From: Antedon mediterranea
Taxonomy: Eukaryota > Animalia > Echinodermata
Direction of reading: 5' to 3'
Length of the DNA: 64,000 bases
NCBI RefSeq assembly: GCF_964355755.1
Contig: NC_092670.1
Location: 17,594,795 to 17,658,794, forward strand
Below, piece by piece: positions 39,001 to 51,500 of this stretch (its first letter is position 1; each line of letters begins with the position of its first letter). A program made the translations under genes and the position numbers. The notes below the pieces were generated by a model. That model was not told the origin of the DNA, ran no database searches, and worked only from the letters and a program-made list of their open reading frames with translations.

Positions 39001-41448
39001 TTTGGTAGGAATTTACTAGAAATAGTAACCAACTTGGGTGCTTTATTTTTTATTTTTGTATACTTAATCTTGAAAATGGTTCTATGATGGTTCTGAAAAA
39101 TGAATTTATTTTTTAACATTAAATTTTGTATTTAACTTATATTTCACACACAAACAATAAAAGGTATGTTTATATTATCCATATTGTACATACTTTTCTG
39201 CTTTCAGTCTCTGTTGTTTCACAATTCTCTACCGCTCCATTTTGAACACTGTTATAAACCACTGGGCCATTGCCAGAACTCACAACCACCGGTTCAGGTA
39301 TAGGTGCGGTCTCAAGCTTAGTCCTAACCCTCTTAGGCCTACGCTTCTCCTCAGGCTCCACATCTTCAGATGACCTCCTAAACCTATTTTGAATGCAAAC
39401 CCGCAATGCATTAAGCCTAGCAGGTATTCTTATTATTTGTTTAAAGACGATGTATGTAGCCTTTAATGGCAGTAAATCGGTGAATTTTGGACGCGATATA
39501 TTGTGACTTGCGAGCATTTCTTCGGTTAATCCTTCCTCTTCTTCTTGATCTTCTTTGTTCTTTGTCTTTTTACCTTTCTTGTCTTTCTTCTTTTTGGGCA
39601 TCAAACACTCCTAAATAAAATAAAACAAAATATCAATTTTTTTTTATAGTATTGTCAAATTATGCAATGAATCCACAAAAAAAACCCAGTATTTTATGTT
39701 AATATTGCTTAAGTATATAAAACCTACCATTTCAAATTTCTTTTCCCAGAACGCAGCCCAAGCTACGATGTAATGACCAACGGTCATGATGATGGACACT
39801 AATATGCTCATCTCAATTAGGCCCATTTTGCGCACCTTACGGTAATAGTACACCGGTTCTCGCCATGTTGGCAGTCCATACTCAAGGATCTCATTATATC
39901 TGATTTTGGAATGTAAAAAATAAACATACTATATTAGGATATTAAAAAATGTAAATTTGTTATTGTATATTATTTTAAAAATAAACTTTCTCTGTAAGAT
40001 GTATTGGATGTATATATTTCCAAAGGCAAATTTCTGAAAAAATGACAATGCTGTGGGTATCAGTGGCTGGATCTCAAAATAAATGTAATGTAAATATATA
40101 TTGCTGTAAAAATGTGAATTAATAATTTGCAAGGGCTTCTTCAAATTCTTTTGGGATCGTGATTGTCTGGTCTTTTGGCATCACATGGTACCTACTTTTT
40201 ACACAAAGCAATCATCAAAAAGGGATTTTAAGGGATAAGATTTTGGTTCATAAAAATAAATCCTTACTTTTCTCTAAGTTCATCATTCTTTAGAACTTCA
40301 ACCACAGCAACGATCTAAAAGAGAAAATTTGTTTTAAATTCTAGGGATTATTGCACAATAATAAAAATCTTTATAGACATATTTTCATTTATGCCATACC
40401 TGTGTTTATCATTTTAAAAAAAGTCAATGGCACTATTGAGTTTAGGAAAGAAAATGATTAACCATACTATAAACATATTAAGTACTGTACTACCATATGC
40501 TACATCTGGCTGTGAGCGAAGTAAGGGACGGTATAATATCTAATACCACTGTCTAATTTAGACTAAATTAGGACAATGAGTCTTTGATTTTTAAAGCATT
40601 CCAAGACAGTATAATCCCACCCTTAATCTTTGCCAATAAATGTTGTACTACTAGTACTAGTAATATACTTAATGGTAGTTAGTATATACTTACTTTTCTA
40701 AACTTTTCAGCAGCACCTTCTTCTTGATTTTTATCAGGATGATATTGCAATGACAAAGCTCTGTACGCTTTTTTGATGTCGCCCTTGGTTGCTGTCTGTA
40801 TGAAAAATAAAACAATTTTTTAATTTTACCAACTTCAAATCAACTTTTTTAAATAAAAAAGTTAATAAAGAAGAATAACTAGGGGCCTAGGCCTAGGCTA
40901 TATTTATAATATATTTCATTGCAATTGTATTTATATGTATGGGTGTATTTAATAATGTGTAAATTATGTGGAGTGTGGTAAAACATTTTATAAACCTTTT
41001 AAAAAAAAGTTACTGTCTGTAGTGTAGGGCTAGCCTAGGCCTAGCCCTAGCCTAGCTAGAGTATTGAGAAGACGTCATTGTTGTCATTCACAAAAGGAAT
41101 CTGGTACAGGTTGCACCTTAACATGTACCAACTATCTAGGCCTATGTAAAATCTAAATCATTATTTTATCCATGTGAACAATAGGGCTAGAGTGTCTTAG
41201 TCTCTAGGCTAGAGAGTAGGGTTAGGCTAGGCCTTCTTCTAGCTAGGCCTAGCTAGGCTAGCAAGGCCTAGGCTAGCTAGAGGCCTCCACTTACTTACTT
41301 CATCAATCCCCAAAAAGTCATAAAATGTCACTGGAATTTCTTCTACGAGATCAAACAATTCTAAATCATCTGTAGTCCATGCTCCAGTGTGTGTAAATTG
41401 TGTCAACAGTACACAAATAAACGAAAAAACTACACATTTTAAATCCAT
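36034..41448 (-). CDS. DNAJC1: DnaJ homolog subfamily C member 1 (ERdj1/MTJ1). Exons: 41448-41299, 40795-40694, 40314-40268, 39899-39728, 39610-39194, 38948-38829, 38582-38516, 38228-37894, 36105-36034
   Basis: Signal peptide then [21 protein letters not shown]; J domain [16 protein letters not shown]; [20 protein letters not shown] and a TM segment; basic KKKK stretch; two SANT domains ([19 protein letters not shown]; [33 protein letters not shown]). All junctions are GT-AG and in frame. Confidence 0.95.
36315..36718. mobile_element. Harbinger-like MITE interrupted by a probable LINE 3' fragment (~36340-36613)
   Basis: Left TIR AGCTCTGTCTACACTATCA, then ~270 bp ending AATAAATTCAAATCAAATC, then the MITE body resumes. 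Confidence 0.6.
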
Positions 41449-42239
41449 ATTTAAAAATTTGCCAGACAAGAAACTGCCACATCAACCAGCTACAAAACAG
41501 CACACGTCAAAACACTACTTCCTCCCCGTCACTGATCCGCTGATATGAAGATTCTTTCTAGGCCTAGCGCACGACCACGGTAACCGCTCAAGCATGACAA
41601 CACGAGCTGATTGAGTTAGACGATTCCATTGTGTGAAGACGTGACCAAAATGTTGATATACAGTAATATTTTGTATGCTTTAGTATAAATCAGGGAGTTG
41701 TTTAAATAACAACTCCCAGGTATAATAAACTCATATTCAAACTTGTAAAAAACATTTCATATACTGTAATTAAGTAATTACTTTGTGATAAATGTTTAGA
41801 TTTATTAATTTATTAAATCAGTGTAAAAAGAAATGATAACCGACTTAAGCAACAATATAAAAATCACAAAAATCATTTATAAAAAACACAAATAATTAAT
41901 CACATATATTTTATTTTAATTCTCAAGGAGTACAAAATACAATATTATAATTTCATATATATTCATTTTCTTATATTGTTTTTATTTCTTATTTAATCCC
42001 TTTAAATTTCTTCTAAAATCATTTTAAATCAATATTATGTTTTCTTACTCTCAATTTAGTAGAGAGGTAATACAAACAACCTCAACCTTCCTTCCATTAG
42101 AAGTTCATAAATTAAAATACTGCACAAATACAAACACAGGTTATCCTCTGTCTAATAATAGCATATTACTCCAATGGTATACTTTATACACCATCATACA
42201 ATAACCGTATCCAAGATGCTTTGATAGTTGATTAGCCCA

Positions 42240-42393
42240 AGGCAATCTAACAACAGGACACTGAGCTTGCCTGGCCAAGATAGGAACTCGTAACAGTCCT
42301 TTGATCTTATGTCTGGCTGCAACAAATACCAGCAGCATGCAGCCAAGATAACCCTTTGATCTCCGGAGCTAGCATCATGCTTTTAAATTGCCT
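42240..42393. mobile_element. Small TIR element just downstream of the COASY stop; second copy at ~54885-55092
   Basis: Shared CAATCTAACAACAGGACACTGAGCT...GTAACAGTCCTTTGATCTTAT. Inverted end AGTTCAGCATCCTCTTGTTAGATTG is clear in the second copy. Confidence 0.65.
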
Positions 42394-42418
42394 TGATTAG
42401 CCTAGGTTAAAATTTGCA

Positions 42419-45400
42419 TCAAAACTTTGGTTGTGTTTCTTCAGAATGAATCCTCCTTAACAAGCCTGTCCATGCCCTTTCAACCTGTGAAAGTAATTGT
42501 AATTGTAATTTTTCAGTTCGACTCATTTTGATGATGAAGGAACTCTTCAAAATGTAAAATATAATATTCTCAATTTAGGCATATTGCCAAGGATAGCGAT
42601 AAGCGCTTGTATTCACTATTCTTCTTATATGTGGCAATACTGTTCTAGATATTCTACTTAATGGAGTCTTAAGCTATGTCTACATTATCAAACTTCATGT
42701 GACAAAAAAATGTGATGAGCCCATATATGGACATGATGATGTCATATGATTACTATATTTAAACATATCACTACCATATTTGGGCACATCACACTTTTTT
42801 AAAACTAGGTTGATAGTGTAGATAGAGCTTTAAACAAGTTTAATTTGAGTTGTTTTTGTCCCGACAGAATTTGAACCCAGGACCCAGAGACCTGTAGTCG
42901 AGCACCTTAACAAGCAAGATTTCTACATACCTGCTTTTGTGTTACATCTGGTTCCCATAATGTGCTGAATACAATGTTAGCAGCATCAACACGCTGTTGA
43001 TTGGTGATCTGTGAGTTAATACGCTGTTTTGCACGCTCTTCAGGGAGGTTGTCTCTCTCTACAATGCGCTTCACAGCCTAGAATGAATGAATAAATCAAA
43101 ACACTAAAACGTATTCATTAATTATAGTATTTGTATGGTAACACAAACAGATGTAAGCTTCATGTTTCTTTGTCATTTTTTAGCTGCTGGTGGCTGTACT
43201 AATATGAGTTGTACAGTAACCTCTAATCCTGTGGTATGGTGAATAACACTTTTCTTACTCAACTCAAAGAAGTTATGCCACAGTTATAATACTTGTACTG
43301 TTTATTCTAAAATGATTTCTTTAGAGGTATGATCAAAATTATACCTCAGCTTCTGGAACTATAGAAATCCAGATTTCATGAACCATTTGGTCCCATCCTG
43401 CTTCTAGTAAAACAGCAGCATCCAGAATACATACTTTTACTCCTGAAAAAAGACACAACACACATTTGAGGGAAAGTATACCTGCATTCTTCAAAGAATT
43501 TCTTTAGTTCAGCTTATTTTAAAAAAAATCTTATCATTCATACAACTAAATACTTATGTTTGTAAACAATATAATCATATGTATTCACTAAAGTGTAAAT
43601 TCTGGGGTTTAGATGACCAGGGATGTAGGCCTACAGTAGAGGTGGGTGTCAAAAACTTTAAAAATACAATAGTGTTTTCATATATCCAGGGAATCTATGC
43701 TGTGTAGACTGTAATGGCATTGTTTTACTGTATTTCATATATATTTTACAACCCGGGCCAGAAATAACAAAGATTAAGAAAGTAAGATAGTGAATAATAA
43801 GAATACCTTGACTGGAGAATGCTTCAATTTCTTCTCTAGCCATCTGTGCAATAGCTGGCCATACAATCTTGTTCAATTTTTCCAGATTTGTTTTTTCAGA
43901 AAATACTTTAGCACCTAATGCTTTTCTATTTATAAATCCATCTTCACCTACAATGTCTAAAAATAGTAATTTAAAAAGTAAGATTTTGTTATATTTATAA
44001 GCATTATGTATTAAAGGTCTTTCATTCAATACCATAGCATATGTACTGTAGTTGTGGAAATATATAGGTTTTTATTAATGTTTTATGTTTGTATATAAAT
44101 TGTACCATGTGAGTAATATTGTAATGTTAAAATGATTACATTTTTTCTATGTATGTTATTGTTATGATATTTATTTAATACTATTATTGGGAGACCAGCA
44201 TTTTAGACTTATTGAGCCAGCAGAGTAAAGTATATATTATTATATAAAAAACTAACCTTCTCCAAATTCTTGTACAACGTTCTTAAACGTATCTGTTCCT
44301 GGTTCGTAAGCCTTATGTCCAAGCTTATCACAGTCAACGATACCAGCTCCAAGCTTTCCTAGTCTCTTACATATTGAGCTCTTGCCGCTTGCACTGCCTC
44401 CAGTAAGACCAATAATATAAGGCTTAGCCTGCAAGTCAGGACATACCTTTAAAAAAGAGTTATAAAAACTCATATAATATCCAGTCAATTCAATTTTAAT
44501 AAAGTACAATTACAAGAACAATACTGCAATTGAAATGCTTGGCTACCCAATCCTAGGCCCTGGCTTTTGAAATAACTTTTTTTTAAAACTTTTTTACATC
44601 AAAGACTTTCTGTTTGTGTATAGCATATGTTGTGTACATTTGTCCTGTGTTGCTGTATATACGTTGGGATAGTTATTGACAAGAAAGTTGGATATAAATA
44701 TTAACTACTTTTTCCCTGACTGTTCAGTACTAAAAATTCATTCAATAGTACTGCTTACCAGTGGTGGCCTTAACAACGTTCCTAGGAGACGTATTCGCTG
44801 ACTCGAAGAACTAATCTTCACTTCTTCATGTTCCGCATGATGGCAGTCTTCTACAAGACCGATTACATGAATATCCAGTTCATTCAATCCCTGTACAGAT
44901 ACAAAAAACAATATACTTTTTGATACTTTACTTTCACCATTATTCTTAATAATGAATAAATTAGGGGTAAGAACACACAGGAAATTTCTCAGCTGAAACT
45001 GGGCATTATTAGATCAGGGTAATCAACCCAAACATTTTTTGAAAAAATTATTTTATACTAAAATTAATTAAAAATTGACAAAACAGCTGAAAATTCACCC
45101 AATATTAAATAGATATTGGATATACAATTACGATCTTTTTCACTGGCACACACATTCAGTGACAATGTTGATAGATTTTGAGGCAGAGTATGGCTTGTTG
45201 AGGCTTATACACCGCCATAAGTTACCAAACCTTAAATAAATTTACACTGAAAATCTCACTTTTTCTTTTCTCTTTTTGTTGACCGCATTTCCACCACTTT
45301 TTGTTTCTTCACTAACGACAATAGCCGACATATCCGCATACACAATACTTGGCCCAAATGGATCTACTATAGGAACAAGGCTACCATCATAGAGCACCTG

Positions 45401-46412
45401 GGGCTTGATATCTGATAAGAACGTTCTTAAATGCTTGCATCGCTCATCGATGGGTTGAATCAACTCGGTAAGTGTTTTCTCTGTTAAGAAATAAAGAATT
45501 TACAAATAATTTCTGATAATAGGGAGGTACAGTACTACAAAAGGATGGTAAAATGTTTTGAGTGGTAGGAAACATAAATGGTAGATTCATGCATTCAGTG
45601 TTGACGATGTTGAAGACTCTGGCTTCCCCACTTACCTCCTCAGCCCATCACAATTTTATCTTTGATAGTTGACCTAACCAACAGTTTATTTGTTGTGCAG
45701 TGCAAGAGAATTTATGCATTATGAGTAAGTGTAAATATAACTTAATATTGTTACAAAATAACAAACTTTTTATCATTGGTCCGTCCGTCACGCCAATCGT
45801 GATCTTCTTCTCAGCTCTCAAGCATGACTCGCTTAAAAGAATCTTATGTCCATTATGAAGACGGTCAAATGTGCCACCAAGTACAACATGTCCATAAGTT
45901 TTGAAACTACTGCTCTTTGTATTCCCTGCAACATCACTAACATCATCTTTAGAACAGTTAGATAACTGATGAATTTTAGGCTGTTTTTGTAAGGAAAACA
46001 TCTTATTAAGAAATTCATCAAAATTGTTGCCGACATCTTGGAAATCAGTTAGTACTACATCGACTGAGTTGGAGATTGTGTGCGGAAGTATACCAGCATT
46101 GGGAATACGGGTAAAGTTATGAAGAAGTACCCGGACATCTAAACACTGACTATCACCACCAACTCTTGTGTAAATATTTGTCACAAGTTTTGAGAGGGAT
46201 TCTGTAGGATGCATTGTGGACGTGTGGTTTACTGGACATTCTGTAGGATGTAATGCATTCACATGGTTCAAGATGTTCTTTTCAAATTCAGGATCAAGAT
46301 GTATAAATAATGTTTCGTTAATTAATGAAGCAGCTTCATTTAATATTGGATTTATTCGGCTGAGAAGCTGATTCAGTGGAGATGTTAAAACTAGTAAACC
46401 GCATCGGAACAT
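42419..46412 (-). CDS. COASY: Bifunctional CoA synthase (PPAT plus DPCK). Exons: 46412-45767, 45480-45260, 44890-44759, 44446-44257, 43956-43807, 43442-43345, 43077-42931, 42484-42419. Probable 5' UTR exon with donor at 46702
   Basis: [13 protein letters not shown]-terminus; [18 protein letters not shown] (HxGH); [10 protein letters not shown]; [10 protein letters not shown]; KISSS; DPCK P-loop [13 protein letters not shown]; [10 protein letters not shown]; [10 protein letters not shown]; [17 protein letters not shown]. Confidence 0.96.
42672..42829. mobile_element. PIF/Harbinger-like MITE (~160 bp)
   Basis: TIRs AGCTATGTCTACA../..TGTAGATAGAGCT, TTA/TTA TSD. Confidence 0.8.
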
Positions 46413-48299
46413 CTTTATTTATCTGGACTTGGAAGAGAAAAAAAGTACTGTCAAAAGTATTTTGCACAAAAAATGAAAATAAATGAAAAAAGACAACTAC
46501 TAGTATTACTAATATTTTAAATTTAGCATACTACATTCTATAAATAGTATAAATTAATAAATACAATGTGAATTACGACAAGGAACTGAATAAAGCTTTG
46601 ACCTTTTGTTAGCCAGCTTTACACAGATGCTGGTAGAATCAAGTCTATCCTTACTACAGTACTACTACTCGGCTTAGCTAGGCCTAATTTCTAGTTAAAT
46701 ACCTCGCCGCACAATCGACGCTGTGAAGTCAGATTCCCGTACCGTCTGCTGTGTGTTGTTGCCTGATCTAGGCCTAACAGCCCTCGATTTAATGGGCCAC
46801 AAACACACGTTTATTACAGCTAATAATGCATACCTATAACACTAACAGCTTATATAACAAACAATACAAACTAATGTTTACAAAAATGGAATTTCTGTTT
46901 ACCAAAAACCAGCAAAACAAACTCGTCAAGATAGAGAGAGATTGGTGTGGTTAGAGAGCAGCTACTATCAAACCAGCAGAGCGTGACGATGGACCTGGAC
47001 ATGACACACACCACACACGTGTTCACTCATTCAAGCGTGACGATAACATACCATTTTCATTTTCATTTTGACCACCCTCCCCTTCACCAGACAGAAAAAT
47101 GATTAAAATTTATGAGCAACTCTCTGAACATTTTTTGTTTATTTAGTCCGGGTTCGAATCTCGGTTGGGGGGACTTTTTCTCATTCTCACAGATTTCAAT
47201 TTAATTAATTACATTTCAGTATAGCACCGGGCGGTTTAGAATTAATGTTCTTTGCCTGTTGTGTTTATAATGAGATACCTCTCTCCTTGCTTTTTTTTCG
47301 TACTGTATATTTTCATAATTGTATATTAACTTTTGTATAAGCTACACAATAAAAAAACAGTACTTCACTTTTAAAGATAATGTTCCCTTGAATATATTCA
47401 CTTCACTTCACAAAAACCCCGACAAAAACTTACGACGTGTTCATTTTTACACGAAGTTTTTCAAAACTTAACCTCTTACTGTGACATGTGTTTATATAAG
47501 TCCAACTTTGATAGGCAGGTCGTTAAACCTTTTGATCATCGCCGAATTCTGCTAGTTTTTGTCTGACCATTGACCATGGAGGTATAAAATAAAATGTTAT
47601 ACCTCCATGCATTGACCTTGCATACTTTGTCATAATCAATCAATTCAGGTAATTAATCACCTAGTAGTTGATTTATCTGATAAGGATTTTGACCAAAAAG
47701 TTCTAATGGGGATGATAAAATAAATATTTACCTGAAAAACGTAAATTAAAAATGCAACTGTCACAAACTCATCATAGTACTATTCTTTGAAGAGGTTGAA
47801 GAGGACTGAAGCGCGACTACCCAGTAATTAATAAATAATAATAATATATAATAACCGTTTATTTTTGTCTTTCTGTTCGGGGTTAATTAAAACTGCAAAA
47901 CTGCAATTAAAAATCGATTTATAATATTTCCGTCTATGTTCGTAGGGCCTACGAATGCCTACTAACTAATTTAGGTTTAAAGTATTTTCATTTAAGTGTT
48001 CTCCACCACCCCAATGTTAGTTTTCCCATGGTTGTATTTCATATTTTTGAATTCTAAATGGTTATTTATCTTTTTATTTTAAAATTAAGTAATCTAAAAT
48101 TTTTGCCGCAACTGAGTTTTTACTGGCAATTTTATGAATCTGTATGTTATATTTTTATATATATTTTTGTGAATAAACCCTTCCAAAAAACGTTCTATCT
48201 ATATAAAATTTAGATATAATACAGTTTTTAAAAAATATGTTGAAATATAATATATTTTATCGCTTTTATTTCTTAATTTTAAATAGAGATATATTGTCA

Positions 48300-48400
48300 A
48301 TTTTCGAATCCCCCGCCTCTCACACTTTCCCCAACTTTCTATTGACCAATCAGATTCGCTGTTTAACTAGCTCTCATGGCGGCGTTCTACTAAACCGCAA
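48300..48400 (+). promoter_or_regulatory. Probable promoter of the ankyrin gene, divergent from COASY
   Basis: GC-box-like CCCCGCC, CCAAT box (GACCAATCAG) and YY1-like CATGGCGGC ~180 nt before the first coding exon, in locally CpG-rich DNA. Confidence 0.5.
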
Positions 48401-48557
48401 TTTAGCTTCCTGCACAAAAACCGACTGCGGAGAGAGAGAAATAAAACTTATTATCCTAAAAAAACATTGGATTTAGTTTGACTTACTTCCCTTATTGCCA
48501 AAGTTGATGCTATAAGAGAGGAAGTGCATAATTTACAGGGACACATTGCCATGAGTC

Positions 48558-51500
48558 ATGGTGATTCAACAGTTATGTCAAGAGGTAATTTCTGTTTAAA
48601 GTAAAGGTTCTTCAGTTTCATTAAATCGACAGGACGCTTAGGCCTAGACTGAACAGTCAGTAGGGACAAAACTCTTGCTGCTGTCAGATTCTCTGTCAGG
48701 GCGTAGGTGTACCGACTTTTCTGGTAGGCCTAGAACCTGGCTATCCACTGACATTCTGTAGGAACCTAAATGTGGCTATATCTTGGAAATGAATGAACCT
48801 AGTAATGCCATGCGCATTATAAGCTCTACTTAATACTATTAGGATTGTTTAGTGATTCCTGTGTTATTTAGTAAAAAATGACAATAAAAATAAAATATGT
48901 CAATAATTAATAAATACAATATAGGCTAGGCCCTAGAAGGCCTAGACCTAATACCCTATACTTCTTTTTGTTTTATTAAATATTACTTTATATTATTATA
49001 CTACTTTAAACTAATAATGACATACTGCACAATGCTTTCACAGCATTATCTCTAACCATTTTATAATTTGGAGATATACAGAATTTCAACAATACAGTAC
49101 AGTATGATGCACGATTTGCACTCAAGTTGCGAAATTTGAAATAACCCGAAAAGTAATTTAAAATTGCACTCAAACACTGACAATATCTTTTCAATCTCAA
49201 CACTGTTGAATTTATAGTATTAACTGTAAATAGAATGAGGCCATAAAATACAAATTACCATTTGTATTTATCATACAGGGGAAAATTTCATTTATAAATT
49301 TTGTTTAGCAATATTGCTAATCAAACTGATTTTTGAGTCGAGAAACATAGTTTTGTATTGTATTTTTTGCTACACAATTTTAGAAAAGTGTAGCAAAAAG
49401 GTTGATTTGTATAGCTTTTTGCTATGCTACACTGGCGAAATTATTCCCTGTCATACAATTGAAAATGCATACAGTGTCATCTACAGTATATCAATTAAAT
49501 TTACATCAACTGTGGTCAGTCTAATTACCGAAAACAACGCAAAGCAATGTAAGGTAAAATCATGCTTAAGACTAAAAATGAAATGTGTTTATAATAGATT
49601 CTGTAAGTACTGTAAATGTACGGTGTAAGTAATTGTACGATTTTGAGTTGTATTTTGTGCACACCACCATTTCGTAGGGTCTTTCTTGGCTTGCACGCAC
49701 GGTCTTTTTTGGTCATAATGAATACAGTAACTATTCTGACTTTAATAAAATTGCATATTCAACAACAATTTTTTCAGGGGCTCAATACATCTTAAACTTC
49801 TTAGGTTCATAATTATTAATTAACTGGTGGTCAGTGATTTTTTAAAAATCTATTGTAATATGGGATTATGCTCTGACATACAACGGTAATTAATTCAGAA
49901 AAACTTAGCTTCTAGCAACATGATTGTGGGTGTTGCCTTAAGTGATTTCCTGATCTTACCATATCTGTCAGTCAGCATTAGACTACAGTTGTAGACCTTG
50001 AATTTAACAGCATTTCACCATTATTTACTCAATTCTTACATCATTTTAATTAGTAATATCCTACTTACTTAAATATTGTTAATGATTGTTACTAATATGT
50101 TGTATAATTTCCAAAGTTAATTAATATAATTGGCACTTAGCAAGTTCTGTAATTAACGTAATTAATTTATCATTATTTATAGTAAAGCTTTAGCAGTGCT
50201 CCTCCCAACATTTTACAAACCTAAGTATGTTTCATAGCAATTTCCTCTGCTCCCCTACAGTACTATCAGTAACTGTACTAAGTAAGGTGAAAAGTACACC
50301 TGTAAAAAATATAGCTAGTGTCGGATCCAAAATCTAGAATACAACGAGCAGAAATCGGCACCCGCTTGTTATCCCTGTGTACTAATTTTAGTTATTGAAA
50401 TTTGTTTAGTAACAATTCTATAAAGTCACTTTTTTTTTTGTCTCGTTTGTTTATACTGTTTTTCAATATTTAAAGTTTCTTTAGGGAACGTCTTATACAG
50501 TACAGTGTATCTATTTTAATATACTAATCAGACGTGTCCAGGTGTGTAAGAAAAGTACACACAGTTTTCTGATCAGTCCAGAGATTTATAACTTAAAATA
50601 TTTAATCTAATCTTCTTGTGTTCTTAAAATAGCATTTACGTTTCTGCAACTGATAATTTTTATTAAATGACTAAAAAAGAAAGTGAGAAAAGAAAAGTAG
50701 AATTTGCCAGCTATTTATAAATACATCAGAACTTCTGGCTCCAGTAGAGTGACAAAAAAAGCTAAGCAGGAAACGTTGCACCGTGAGTCATTACATTGAA
50801 GGGACTTGGAAGATAAAGACGATATCAGGCTTGGCATTTTATAACATGTAAAGGATGATACTGTATGAATACCAGCCTTCATTGAATGTGGTTGTAGTCT
50901 GGCATAGGTCGTCTGTTTCACTGCAATTTCAAATTGTCCAGTACAGTAGGTTTTACATTGCATCAGTACAGTAGATATTTTGAGTCTGTCAATATTAAAA
51001 GAGTACATTAGTTGCTGTTGTCAAGACGCGAGTATCCAGTTTGTTTGAAAACAACTTGCAAAATTGTTGAAATTTGTTGTGGATATTATTGAAGATGTTA
51101 CTTGGCGATTGTGGCACAGATGCTTTGGGATTACCATTCCATTTGCCGGTGGTTGTTACTGTACGTCTGTATTTGTTTCTTCAAATTTTTTACATGTTTG
51201 CATGCATCACGCTGGGTTATATACTGTAGGGGGAGCTCAGCCAGCCCCGGTACAGTTTAGCTCTCGAAATTGACAGTGCACAGGATTGGACATCACTGTA
51301 GGTTCAATTCAGCACTTCATTTTACAATCTTTAGGCCCCTTTATTTCAAATTTCTAGATCTCTTGATTACTAATTTATTTTTTAGGTCAAGTGACCTCTG
51401 ACCCTCAATTTCGCAGACTGTATTCAGAGAGAAAAATACCATGCCATCACTGAACCGGGCACTGAACCTTCAAATTGCAGTATTACTGTACCATTCACTT

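Noticed and set aside
40135-40220. C/D box snoRNA candidate in a DNAJC1 intron
   Set aside because: Imperfect C box, no CTGA D box or terminal stem.
47145-47180. B box GGTTCGAATCT followed by a T run; similar fragment at 42860-42910 (-)
   Set aside because: No complete cloverleaf; likely SINE head remnants.
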